DNA of 64,000 nt from an uncultured Planctomycetota bacterium. GTDB taxonomy: Bacteria > Planctomycetota > Planctomycetia > Isosphaerales > Isosphaeraceae. This document shows positions 1 to 9,806 of the stretch, in pieces. Position 1 is the stretch's first letter, and every line of letters starts with the position of its first letter. The stretch spans positions 544,001 to 608,000 of the forward strand of contig CAWJTV010000005.1 in NCBI GenBank assembly GCA_963845755.1. Direction: 5' to 3'. A model generated the notes under the pieces. That model saw nothing but the letters and a program-made list of their open reading frames with translations, ran no database searches and had not been told where the DNA came from. Made by a program: the position numbers and the translations under genes.

Positions 1-399
1 CAGCACCGGACCCGATCGGCCATCCTCCTTTCCGCCCTGATGTTCGGATTCCTCCACGTCTTGCTCAGCCTTTTCCAGCAATTGTTCAATGCGACGCTTC
101 TTGGCATCATCCTGGGGCTACTGGCGGTACGGAGCCGGAGCATTTTACCGGGAATCCTCTTTCACTTAGTGAACAATACGATCGGCGTTGCGCGGGGCTA
201 TTTGATCGTCAACTCGGCGGAGGGATCCGTCGCCAGTTGGATCTATCGCAAGCCGTCGGAAGGGCTCTATCATGGAGGGTGGATCGTGGCGGGCGCGCTT
301 CTCTCGGCCGGACTTCTATATCTCCTGTACAAGTCGAAGTCGGCCCCTCCGGCCAACCTGCTAGAAGACGGTGCGCGCCCCGCCCACTCGGCGTACTGA
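1..399 (+). CDS. C-terminal part of a CPBP (CAAX/Abi) family intramembrane metalloprotease, 5' end outside the window
   Basis: Frame open from base 1; hydrophobic helices with SALMFGFLH (FxxxH) and HLVNN (HxxxN) motifs typical of CPBP. Confidence 0.8.
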   Translation, partial: QHRTRSAILLSALMFGFLHVLLSLFQQLFNATLLGIILGLLAVRSRSILPGILFHLVNNTIGVARGYLIVNSAEGSVASWIYRKPSEGLYHGGWIVAGALLSAGLLYLLYKSKSAPPANLLEDGARPAHSAY

Positions 400-487
400 C
401 GAGGTCTCGGTACCCGACGCGTCGAAGATCTCTCCTGACGGACTCACGCCGCTCCGCCTCCAGTGCGATAGCTCGGGGAAACGCGCG

Positions 488-1750
488 ATGAGACGAGACA
501 CGCTCACCATTCAGGCGCGATACGTCTTTCCGGTGGAGGGTTTGCCGATTGAGAATGGTTCCATGACGATTCAGGGGCCGCGGATCGGCTGGTTGGGCTC
601 CGCGGACGAACGCGGGGGAGATATCGATCTGGGCAATGTGGCGATCATCCCTGGATTCGTCAATGCGCACACGCACCTCGAACTGTCCCCAATTGCGAGC
701 AACGGAGCTCCGCAGGGAACGATCGATGAACTGGCCTGGCTGAGGCAGGTGATCCAGCAGCGCCGAGATCAGAGCGATGAGTCCCTCATCCAAAGGGCCT
801 CGGAAAATGTGCGCGCGTCGATCGAGGCGGGCACGACCTTCGTTGCCGACACGACGACTGGTGGCCTGACCTGGGGGCCGGTCGCGGAGGCGCCGTTGCG
901 TGCCGTGGTCTTCGCGGAGGTGATCGGACTGCAACGCAACCGGGGTCTCGTGACCGATGCCGAGGCCTGGAGATGGCTGGGTTCAATCCGGCCGGAGTCC
1001 CAGGTTGCCGCCTGTGCCCGGGTGGGTCTGAGTCCTCACGCACCCTACAGCACCTCCGGCTGGCTCTATTACAAAGCGGCAAGCAGCCGGCTCCCCCTGT
1101 CAACCCACCTCGCCGAGATGCCCGAGGAACTGCGTCTGCTGGAGTATCGCGACGGTCCGTTACGGCATTTCCTCGAAGAGATCGGAGCCTGGGACGACGA
1201 ATGGGAGCCGATTGGCCCGCGACCGGCGGACTATGTCCGACGGGGCGAGCTGCGTAAGGCCGACTGGCTTATCGCACATGGGACTTACCTCGAGCCAGAC
1301 GACTTCTGGCAACTTCGGCCCGAGGCTGCGCCCGAGGGCCACCGCGTGGCGATTGCCTACTGCCCCAGGACCCATGCCCGCTTCGGCCATACCGCGCATC
1401 CTTATCGCTCGATGCTGGAAAGAGGAGCCATCGTCTGCCTGGGCACCGACAGCCTGGCGTCCAGCGATAGCCTGAGCATCCTCGACGAGCTTCGCTTCCT
1501 TCACAGACGCGACGAGTCACTTTCCGGCCCCCTGCTCCTCACCATGGCCACGCTCTTCGGCGCCTGGGCTCTCCGCGCCGATACCACGACCGGCAGCCTC
1601 AAGACCGGCAAGTCGGCCGATCTCGCCATCGTGGCCCTTCCGGATCGCGACGATGCCGATCCCTTCAAGCTTCTGCTGGAGTCCGATCTTCCTGTCATCA
1701 GCACCGTTTTCGAAGGGGATTTTGTCGCCGGGCGATGGTCAGGAACGTGA
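488..1750 (+). CDS. Metal-dependent amidohydrolase (MTA/SAH or aminodeoxyfutalosine deaminase-like)
   Basis: PGFVNAHTHLE (HxH), SPHAPYS, THLAE and LGTDS motifs; start taken at ATG 488. Confidence 0.85.
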   Translation: MRRDTLTIQARYVFPVEGLPIENGSMTIQGPRIGWLGSADERGGDIDLGNVAIIPGFVNAHTHLELSPIASNGAPQGTIDELAWLRQVIQQRRDQSDESLIQRASENVRASIEAGTTFVADTTTGGLTWGPVAEAPLRAVVFAEVIGLQRNRGLVTDAEAWRWLGSIRPESQVAACARVGLSPHAPYSTSGWLYYKAASSRLPLSTHLAEMPEELRLLEYRDGPLRHFLEEIGAWDDEWEPIGPRPADYVRRGELRKADWLIAHGTYLEPDDFWQLRPEAAPEGHRVAIAYCPRTHARFGHTAHPYRSMLERGAIVCLGTDSLASSDSLSILDELRFLHRRDESLSGPLLLTMATLFGAWALRADTTTGSLKTGKSADLAIVALPDRDDADPFKLLLESDLPVISTVFEGDFVAGRWSGT

Positions 1751-1793
1751 TTCCGCATGCGGCATGGACGAAGTCTCGGTCGCCGAAGTTGGA

Positions 1794-2987
1794 TCAATCC
1801 GGCTTCGGGGAGGTCGAGGAAACCTCTGGTACAATCGGCACCTTCGTGGCGAGAACGTCGGGTACGGACGTAGATCGAGCCGCGGCGACAGGCGGGTCAA
1901 TCACAGTCCGAGATGTTCCATCCACGTCTTCCCGGAGCCAGAGAAAGAGGAAGGCTGTCGCCGTCCAGAAGAAGCTATAAATCCAAGTCTGAACGATGAA
2001 CCTGACCACGACGAGCCAGAAATTGTGGACCGCGACAGTGGCCGGTACGCCCTCCAGACGGCGTTGCCGAAACAGTGATTCGATCAACACGGGATCTCCC
2101 GTCAGCGAGAGATTCCATTGAGTCAGGCGGAGCACGCCCCCAGCCAGCAGGTCCATGGCGAGCAGCCCCAGGAGCCCGACCACCAAGGCCAGGGTCGCTC
2201 CGACGAGATACATACCCAATTTCTGATTCAAATAGCTGTATGTGCGGCTGAGCGCGTCGAGCGCATCGTCGGCGCCGGCGGCCATCGCGGCGTGGAGCAA
2301 CGGCCAACCCGCAACGAGGCCGGCGAGCAGGAGCGTCATGATGAGCCCAAACGCCAGGGGGATAACGAGCCCGACACCAGCGACCATGGCTCCTGACGGC
2401 AGCCGGTATAGCAGGCCAAATACCATACCAATAGGTGTACAAAATATCAGAGCAAACAGGGGGAGGAAGGGAGCGAGGATCAAGGCACTCCCGGATCGCA
2501 GCGCGAATCCGATTCCCTCGCCGATTCGGGGCTGTCGCATCTGAGCTTCCTGAATCACGGCAAGGCGTGCGATCGCTCCCCCGCACATCCCCCAGACCGC
2601 GAATAGCCAGAATAGGGCGAGAAGTGCGTGCACCATCGTCCCCCATCCGCTCGCGGGGTCGAGGAGTGCTTGAAGTGGGGTCGTCAGAATGCGGATAGGT
2701 TCGAGGATTCGGCGCGTGAGCATGGTGCCCCAGTCGGCTAACCATGTCGGTCCGTCATCGGGAGCGATCGGTCTCACGGGCGGTTCCAAGAGGGACGGCG
2801 TGACGGCAGACGATGCGGGCAGTGCGACGTCTAACACGGACCATCCGGCGTGGAGGAGAATCAATCCGAGGGCCGCGATTGCCAGCTTCCTCGGGTCGAA
2901 TGCCATGCGGGTCGCAGCGAGCAGTCGCAGCTCACCGAAGCGGTGATAGGGGAAACGCTGGCCGATCATCGTGGAATCCTCGATCAC
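1794..2987 (-). CDS. Hypothetical multi-pass membrane protein
   Basis: 397-aa ORF with several hydrophobic helices. Confidence 0.7.
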   Translation of the reverse strand: MIEDSTMIGQRFPYHRFGELRLLAATRMAFDPRKLAIAALGLILLHAGWSVLDVALPASSAVTPSLLEPPVRPIAPDDGPTWLADWGTMLTRRILEPIRILTTPLQALLDPASGWGTMVHALLALFWLFAVWGMCGGAIARLAVIQEAQMRQPRIGEGIGFALRSGSALILAPFLPLFALIFCTPIGMVFGLLYRLPSGAMVAGVGLVIPLAFGLIMTLLLAGLVAGWPLLHAAMAAGADDALDALSRTYSYLNQKLGMYLVGATLALVVGLLGLLAMDLLAGGVLRLTQWNLSLTGDPVLIESLFRQRRLEGVPATVAVHNFWLVVVRFIVQTWIYSFFWTATAFLFLWLREDVDGTSRTVIDPPVAAARSTSVPDVLATKVPIVPEVSSTSPKPD

Positions 2988-3073
2988 CGGCTCCTCTCGC
3001 GATCTCGACGATCCGTGGGGCGAGCGACGCCTGCCGGCTGCGAGCGTCGGTAGTCAAGCGTCGGCTCATTGGC

Positions 3074-4060
3074 TCAGGGCACGACACAGGTCAGAACCAC
3101 GCTCTCGTTGCGCGGAACGATCTCGCAAGGTCCTACAACCGCAGGCAACAGCAGAGTCTGGCCGAATTCGAGCCGGACATGCTGTCCGCTTTGGACCAGG
3201 TCGGAGCTCCCTTGCAGTCCGATGAGAATCGTGAATCGGTCGTGGCTCCCGATCATGGTGGGCCGCGCAAGGTTCAATCTCACGAGGTCGAAGTAGGGCG
3301 ATCGGGCCAGATGCTCCCGTGTTCCGACGCCAGCGATCACGTCTTTCTCGGGAGCGATCGGATCGACCGGTCCGCGATGAAAGTCGATCGACTCCATGGC
3401 CTCGCGAATGTGGAGTTGTCTGGGATTGCCGTCGGGCCCAACCCGATTCCAATCGTAGATGCGAAATGTGGCATCCGACATTTGCTGAATCTCTGCCAGG
3501 AGCACCCCGGACCCAATCGCGTGAACCGTCCCGGCCTCGATCAGAATCGAGTCGCCAGGCCGGGCCTCGAATCGGTGGAGCAGCGGCTCGACGTTACTCG
3601 ATCGGATTGCGGCCTCGAGATCGCTGGGGGTGACACCGGCCTTCAAACCGGCATAGATCCAACTTCCCGGCTTTGAGGCCAGGATCACCCAGGCTTCGGT
3701 CTTGCCGTGGTCACCGGCCAGGCGACGACCCTTCTCGTCGTCCGGGTGGACCTGGACTGACAGGTCTTGATTCGCGTCGATGAACTTGACGAGGAGCGGG
3801 AACTGGTCGAGCGGTCCGACGGCGGCGCCCAGCAGTTCGCTCGACCGGCTCTGGACCAGTTCGCGCAGCGTGGTTCCGGCGAGCGGTCCTTCGGCGACCA
3901 CGCTGACTTGCTCGTGGTAATCCGAGACCTCCCAACTCTCCGCGTAATCCGACGCCTCGCCGATTGATTTGTGCAGGACCGTCCCGAGTCGGCGTCCTCC
4001 CCAGATGAGTTCGCGGAGGATCGGCTCGAAACGCAGGGGATACAGCGGAATCGTGGGCAT
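3074..4060 (-). CDS. manA: Class I mannose-6-phosphate isomerase (cupin)
   Basis: IWGG, ESWE, FPLLVKFIDA..LSVQVHPDD, GKTEAW, GTVHA and EIQQMSDATFR motifs. Confidence 0.9.
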   Translation of the reverse strand: MPTIPLYPLRFEPILRELIWGGRRLGTVLHKSIGEASDYAESWEVSDYHEQVSVVAEGPLAGTTLRELVQSRSSELLGAAVGPLDQFPLLVKFIDANQDLSVQVHPDDEKGRRLAGDHGKTEAWVILASKPGSWIYAGLKAGVTPSDLEAAIRSSNVEPLLHRFEARPGDSILIEAGTVHAIGSGVLLAEIQQMSDATFRIYDWNRVGPDGNPRQLHIREAMESIDFHRGPVDPIAPEKDVIAGVGTREHLARSPYFDLVRLNLARPTMIGSHDRFTILIGLQGSSDLVQSGQHVRLEFGQTLLLPAVVGPCEIVPRNESVVLTCVVP

Positions 4061-4430
4061 GTTGCGTTGAGGATGCTACCTGATTGATGGGGGCGATTCG
4101 ACTTCAAGGTCAGGAGGACGCCCTATTTGTAACTCTCGGAAGGCCAGGATGTCCACAGCGCGGATAAGTAACCGCGTTCAAGTAGAACCGTGACTGCGAA
4201 AAAGCCGATCACAATCATCGAGTCTGGGTCGCCTCACGATGGCGAGTTGATCGATCCAACCTCTGCCTCAACAATGACTTGTCGAGAGATCGCCTCGCAG
4301 AATCCTATCCTGGTCACAAGACCGAGAATCCGCGACGATGAGCCAGGAATCCGTTGCCAATTCTGCAGAACCGCGTAGTTTCGATATTGCAGTGTGCTGG
4401 CGTGACGAGTGACTTCATCCGGACCGCGCG

Positions 4431-4439
4431 TGATATAAT
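4431..4439 (+). promoter_or_regulatory. Extended -10 promoter element (TGnTATAAT) upstream of the xisH/xisI remnant
   Basis: TGATATAAT at 4431-4439, about 40 bp before ATG 4478. Confidence 0.5.
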
Positions 4440-4477
4440 GTCAACCGGGAAGCCATGGACGTGGAGAACCTTGGGGA

Positions 4478-4707
4478 ATGCCAGCCGACAACGTGATTCT
4501 TGAGGCGGTGAAACAAGACTTGCTCGAGCACGACCGGACGCGTTCAGTCGATCCGAACATCGTCCAATTCGATGGAATCTCGAGCACCATGAGACCGAGG
4601 AAAGCATCGCCAACCAGCTGGTCGCAGCCGGAGTGCCATACCAGGACACCACTCTCGCATTCTAATCCTAGATCAAACGAGAGTTCACCGACTTCGCCCT
4701 GGAATAG
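4478..4707 (+). pseudogene. xisH/xisI: Internally deleted xisH-xisI remnant (XisH N-terminus joined to XisI C-terminus)
   Basis: MPADNVILEAVKQDLLEHDRTRSVDPNIVQFDG resembles XisH N-termini. A shifted frame gives HHETEESIANQLVAAGVPYQDTTLAF*S*IKREFTDFALE*, resembling XisI C-termini, with internal stops. Confidence 0.7.
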
Positions 4708-4802
4708 GTGCGAAATCCTCCTCTCAGACCGTTAGGCCCGGGGACTTTGTTGCGTTGATCGTTCCGCCGACATCCTCGTCACGACGACAGCAAGAGGCAG
4801 CC

Positions 4803-7529
4803 ATGGCCCGACGTCTCGACCGAAGCCTCTCGCACGGCGTGGGCGGCGAACTCCCGGTGTCCGAGCGACGACTGGAGAATGGGCTGAAGGCCCTGGTCTT
4901 GCCGCGTCGCGGTGCGCCCGTTGTGGTCTCGGATCTCTACTATCCCGTGGGCTCGTACGATGAGCCTCCCGGGTTGACGGGATTGTCCCACTTCGTCGAG
5001 CACATGCTCTTCAAAGGGACCGAACAGTTCCCCAAGGGTCAGATCGACCGCGTCGTCTCGTCGGCCGCGGGCCAGTGCAATGCGGAGACGGGCGAGGACA
5101 GCACCCATTACTGGTTTGCGTTCCCGTCGGATCGTTGGGAGCTGGCGCTGACGATCGAGGCGGACCGGATGTGTGGAATGCGGTTTGATCCGGCCGAGGT
5201 TGATCTCGAACGCCGGGTGATCGGCGAGGAGCGTGCCCGCGAACTCAATTCTCCCCAGGGGCGGCTCGACCAGAACCACCTGGCCCTCGCCTACCTGAGG
5301 CATCCCTATCGCAACCCGATCCTGGGTTGGCCGGATGACATTGCGCGAATTGGCGTCGAGGATTTGATCCAGTTCTACCGGGAGCACTATCGGCCCAACG
5401 GAGCGGTGCTTGTCGTGGTCGGCGACGTCGATCCCGACCGCGCACTGGACCGGATCGCCGTCGCATTTGAACGGATCCCCGCGGGCGATGTGCCCGCGTC
5501 GCGTCCGACGATCGTCGAACCACGGCAATCGGGGCGGCGCGACTTCATGATGGCCGAGACGGATGGAGTGGCTCGAGGACTCTTCGGCTGGCGAACCGTG
5601 TCGCGTGGGCACGCCGACGTCCCGGCTCTTGAGGTCCTGGCCGATTTGCTCTGCTTCGGGCGACGGTCGCGGCTCTGGCAGTCGTTGGTCGAGAAAGACG
5701 GCCCAGCGACCTGGGTGGAGGCCTCCCACGCGGCGGCACAACGCGCCGGGCAACTCTTCATCCAGCTTGAGGCGGACTCCGGTATCGACCCGTCCGACAT
5801 CGAGAAACGTGTCCGCGACGAGCTGGTTCGCCTCGCCGATCCCGGTCCTTCGCCCGAGGAGCTGGCGCGGTCGCAACAACGCCTTGAGGCGGCGTGGCGA
5901 TGGGAACGAGAGGACCTTGCAGCACTTGCCTCTGGTTTGGGCAACGCGGCGCTCTGGGGTAACTGGCAGATGTGGCCCGCCGAACATCGCGCGGCGATGG
6001 CGGTCGGCTCCGACGAGATCCGCCGCGCCGCCGCGAGGTACCTGAATGACGAGGCTCTCACCGTCGGATGGTCATTGCCCCGCGTCGTCGTCGAGCCGGC
6101 GGCTCTTGTGGAGGGGCCCGTACCACTCGCCCCGGCGGCAGTCCTGGGCGACGTTCCGGCGAGGGGAAAACGGATGACGAGCCAGCCGACCATCGGGCCA
6201 GACCGTCCGATCGCGTCTTCGGCACGAGCCCTGTCGGTCCCGGGCGGGATCTCGCGCCTCGCGGATTACCGGCCGCGCCGGGTCGTGCTGGATAATGGAC
6301 TGAAACTGGTCTTCGAAAGGCGGCCGGGGTCGGGAGTCGTCGCGCTGGAGCTGTATGTCAACGCGGGGAGCGTTCGCGAGGCCAAGCCGGGCCTCGCCGC
6401 GCTCACTGGGCGGCTGCTGGAAGAAGGAACTGCGACTCGGTCGGCCGAGAAGGTTGCCGAATCCATCGAGGATGCCGGAGCTTCGCTCGAAGTGGGCTCG
6501 ACGGGAGGTTCGGTCCGGGCTCGCGCCGAAGACCTGGCACTGGGTCTGGAGATCCTGGCTGACGTGACGATCCATCCGGCGTTTCCCCCGGAAGCGATCC
6601 GAAGGGTTGCACGTCGGATCGGTGCTGAGCTTTGCGGCGACCTGGATGATCCAGCATTCCGAGCTGATCTGAGCTTCCGCGGCCTGGTCTACGGCGCGCA
6701 CCCCTTGAGCCGGGACGCGCGTGCCGGGAACCGCGAGCTGGCCCGTTTGACCCGACAGGATGTCGTCGACCACCACCGGCGCTATTTCGCGCCGGAAGGG
6801 ACGATCCTCATCGCCACGGGAGATTTCGACCCTCGGCGTTTGATACGGCTGGTTGCGGCTCGGTTCGGCGGCTGGCCCGCTCGTGGCCGCGGGCTACCTC
6901 CGCTGCCGTCGGTGCCCCGACCCGGCCGCCCGCGCGTCCGCCGCATCCAGCAGCCGGGGGATCAGGTTCATATCCTCCTCGGCCACCTTGGCGTCACCCG
7001 CAACCATCCGGACTACGACGCGCTCGTCATTCTCGACCATATCTTCGGGAGTGGCCCGGGTTTCAGCGACCGACTCGGCCGGATCGTCCGCGACGAGCTG
7101 GGGCTGGTTTATGCGATCGGCGGTGGCATGACCGACTCGGCCGACATCCTCCCGGGACTCTTCCGCGTGTATGCCGGTACCACGCCCGAGGAGGCCGATC
7201 GAGTCGTCGCCACGATCACGGACCAGATCCGCGCCATGCGCTCAGGAGCCTTCTCTGATGATGAGGTCGATCGCGTTCGTCGATACCTCACCGGCGCCTG
7301 GGTCTTCGACTTCCAGACCGTCGAGCAGCGAGCCGAGCGCCTGCTCGAGTTGGAGCGCTTCGGGCTCCCGCTCGATGATCCCAAGGACTGGCCGGATCGG
7401 ATCGCGGCGATCACCCCCTCCCAGGTCCGGAAAGCCGCGAGGAAACACCTTCGTCCCGAAGCCCTCTGCCGCGTCGAGCTTGGACCACTCCGTCAGCGTG
7501 GCCATCGCACCCAGGCCGAATGTGCTTGA
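4803..7529 (+). CDS. M16 (pitrilysin/PqqL-like) zinc protease, two-half fused form
   Basis: HFVEH (HxxEH) inverted zinc motif; two LxNGL-starting M16 halves. Confidence 0.92.
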   Translation: MARRLDRSLSHGVGGELPVSERRLENGLKALVLPRRGAPVVVSDLYYPVGSYDEPPGLTGLSHFVEHMLFKGTEQFPKGQIDRVVSSAAGQCNAETGEDSTHYWFAFPSDRWELALTIEADRMCGMRFDPAEVDLERRVIGEERARELNSPQGRLDQNHLALAYLRHPYRNPILGWPDDIARIGVEDLIQFYREHYRPNGAVLVVVGDVDPDRALDRIAVAFERIPAGDVPASRPTIVEPRQSGRRDFMMAETDGVARGLFGWRTVSRGHADVPALEVLADLLCFGRRSRLWQSLVEKDGPATWVEASHAAAQRAGQLFIQLEADSGIDPSDIEKRVRDELVRLADPGPSPEELARSQQRLEAAWRWEREDLAALASGLGNAALWGNWQMWPAEHRAAMAVGSDEIRRAAARYLNDEALTVGWSLPRVVVEPAALVEGPVPLAPAAVLGDVPARGKRMTSQPTIGPDRPIASSARALSVPGGISRLADYRPRRVVLDNGLKLVFERRPGSGVVALELYVNAGSVREAKPGLAALTGRLLEEGTATRSAEKVAESIEDAGASLEVGSTGGSVRARAEDLALGLEILADVTIHPAFPPEAIRRVARRIGAELCGDLDDPAFRADLSFRGLVYGAHPLSRDARAGNRELARLTRQDVVDHHRRYFAPEGTILIATGDFDPRRLIRLVAARFGGWPARGRGLPPLPSVPRPGRPRVRRIQQPGDQVHILLGHLGVTRNHPDYDALVILDHIFGSGPGFSDRLGRIVRDELGLVYAIGGGMTDSADILPGLFRVYAGTTPEEADRVVATITDQIRAMRSGAFSDDEVDRVRRYLTGAWVFDFQTVEQRAERLLELERFGLPLDDPKDWPDRIAAITPSQVRKAARKHLRPEALCRVELGPLRQRGHRTQAECA

Positions 7530-7851
7530 GGGCACGTCCGCCGCCTATTATGAGCGAAGTTGCAATACAAGGGTCGAAGGACGATCGAGCATAAGGTCCA
7601 CCTCGTCGAATTCGACGTCTCGCTGGGTGGCCGTCGGCTCCCGATTCACCGGCCCCCTGCCCCGTGGTGACTATCATGCATTGGCCGCGCGCGACGCGGC
7701 GCCCCGATTGCGACGTCCATGCCTGGACGATCCGCGATCCTTCGCCACGGATCCTCATCCCACGCTTGCCCCCGGATCCCAACGTCATCCTTGACCTTAG
7801 CCCTGTCTTCGCTGCACCCTTCGAGAAAGGGCGATACACCCGCTCGATTAA

Positions 7852-8389
7852 GAGTCTGTTCCCAAAGCCCCAGAGGGGCGACCGGACGTAGCCAGGGGCG
7901 TGAGCCCCTGGACGATCGACCGCGATCCCCTCAACCGTCGTTCGAGCCCCGGAGGGGCGACAGACGTCCTCAGGGCCACAGGGTGTCTGTCGCCCCTCCG
8001 GGGCTTCCCGGTTCGGAGGAACTCGCCTCGTCCAGGGGCTCACGCCCTCGTTGTTCTACACAAGTCATAGATCCATAGGGAACAATGGGTTCCGTCAAGT
8101 TGCCGTGGCCAAATCGATCATTTTATACTAATAATGTTATATGTGCACTAGATAATTTATCGGTTTTTCGCGGGAAATCTCAATATCGGCGAAATCCTGA
8201 TAAAAATATGCGTCGCAGGTGTATATACTGTACATGTAGTGTACACTGCCCGCGCGTGGCCCTGTTTCCCATTGCAACTCATTACTTCAAAATGGGTTAC
8301 GACTTGTGTAGATGACCAGGGCTCACGCCCCTGGCTACGTGCTTCCGCCCCCATCCGGGGGCTCAGGAGGGGACTTAGGGAACAGACTC
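7852..8389. mobile_element. MITE-like element with TIR GAGTCTGTTCCC, TAA target duplication and REPIN-type cargo (copy 1, interrupted)
   Basis: GAGTCTGTTCCC (7852) and GGGAACAGACTC (ends 8389); TAA at 7849-7851 and 8390-8392; interior near-identical to 13361-13616. Confidence 0.85.
8047..8319. mobile_element. 273-bp AT-rich MITE with IS4-family (IS50/Tn5-like) ends
   Basis: Ends CTCGTTGTTCTACACAAGTC and GACTTGTGTAGATGACCAG; direct repeat GGCTCACGCC at 8037-8046 and 8320-8329; the empty site is visible in the copy at about 13541-13570. Confidence 0.85.
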
Positions 8390-8683
8390 TAACAACTCTG
8401 CTCCGATGACCATCGTGCGGAAGTCCGCAGACCGCGTCGGCGCCGAACGGGTTGCGCGAAGGGCGCGAAGTTGAGTCGGGAAGCTCTGGCAACGATCGAG
8501 CCGCCTGTGGTAAGCTCGGATGACAGGAACGCTCCCGCCTGATCGGCCGTCCCCGCGAGGCCGACACGCGGTGCCGCCAGAAAGGGTTCCGGCCTCGGGA
8601 CTGGCCGTTGCAACCCGCGTCTCCTCCCCAACCCGCCGTTCTCGGCGATTTCCATCCTGGCCCCAATCGGATGGTCCCTTTCC

Positions 8684-9706
8684 ATGAATAGCGAACAAGA
8701 TCTCTTCACGGAAGAGCAGTCCATGGTCACGATGAGCTTCGGCGAGCACATCGAGGAGCTCCGCCTCCGCCTGATCCTGGCCCTGCTTGGATTACTGGCC
8801 GGCGTTGTGGTGGTTTTCATCCCGCCGCTCGACATCGCCTCGCATGTGATGAGGAGCATGGAAGCCCCAGCCAAGGCGGCGCTGGATGCGTTCTACAAGC
8901 AGGAGTACGAAAAGAAGCGAGAGAAGGCGGAACTCGAGAAGACCGTGACTCAGCCGATCCTGGCGGAGATCCCCGCGGATTCGTTCGTCGCCGAACTCAA
9001 GAAGATTGCACCGGATCTCAAGCTGCCGGAGTCCGGTGTGCTAACAGGGCAGACAATGAGTCTGCCGCTGACCTTCTTCACATCGGGCTTCATCTCGGCG
9101 ACGCGAGACGCAGTCGTCCAGATCGATCAAAGCCTCGTCTCGCTGGCACCGCTAGAGACGCTCACCATCTTCTTCATGGTTGCGCTCGTGAGCGGACTGA
9201 TCCTCGCAAGTCCTTGGGTCTTCTACCAGGGGTGGGCCTTTGTCGCCGCCGGGCTCTATCGCCACGAGCGGCGTTATGTCACGAAGTACTTGCCGTTCTC
9301 ACTCGGCCTGTTCCTGGCTGGGGTCTTCCTCTGCTTCTTCTTCGTTCTGCCGATCACCTTGACGTTTCTCCTCCAGTTCAACGTCTACCTCGGGGTCGCC
9401 CCGACGCTCCGCCTGAGCGAGTGGATGGGCTTCGCGACGCTCCTTCCCCTGATCTTTGGCCTGGCGTTTCAGACTCCATTAATCATGCTGCTTCTGGAGC
9501 GAATCAACATCTTCACGGTCGAGGACTATAGATCGAAGCGGAAGATGGCGATCATGGTCATCGCGGTCGCCGCCGCGGTCCTCACGCCGGGACAGGACCC
9601 GTTCAGCATGATGCTTCTGGCCGGTCCGATGATCCTGCTGTACGAACTGGGTATTCTCATGATCAGTGGCTGGAAACGAGAAGGATTGCCGGGCGTGAAG
9701 AGTTGA
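8684..9706 (+). CDS. tatC: Twin-arginine translocase subunit TatC
   Basis: MSFGEHIEELRLRL, YQGWAFVAAGLYRHER, FGLAFQTP, LTPGQDPFSM and LYELGI motifs. Confidence 0.95.
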   Translation: MNSEQDLFTEEQSMVTMSFGEHIEELRLRLILALLGLLAGVVVVFIPPLDIASHVMRSMEAPAKAALDAFYKQEYEKKREKAELEKTVTQPILAEIPADSFVAELKKIAPDLKLPESGVLTGQTMSLPLTFFTSGFISATRDAVVQIDQSLVSLAPLETLTIFFMVALVSGLILASPWVFYQGWAFVAAGLYRHERRYVTKYLPFSLGLFLAGVFLCFFFVLPITLTFLLQFNVYLGVAPTLRLSEWMGFATLLPLIFGLAFQTPLIMLLLERINIFTVEDYRSKRKMAIMVIAVAAAVLTPGQDPFSMMLLAGPMILLYELGILMISGWKREGLPGVKS

Positions 9707-9806
9707 GAGGTCATTCGACGCGTGTGCTCAGGATCGGTTGGTGTTGACGGCCGGAGGGTGCTCAACGAGCACGGGGTGTGTGCTGGAATCCCCCGACTCC
9801 CAAACC

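Larger units (their letters stand above)
7530..8474 (+). pseudogene. DUF4058-family 3' remnant interrupted by nested mobile elements
   Basis: Frameshifted HKVHLVEFDVSLGGRRLP..LPRGDYHAL..RRPDCDVHAWTIRDP..PDPNVILDLSPVF..GRYTRSI; after removing the insert the frame continues NNSAPMTIVRKSADRVGAERVARRARS*. Confidence 0.7.
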
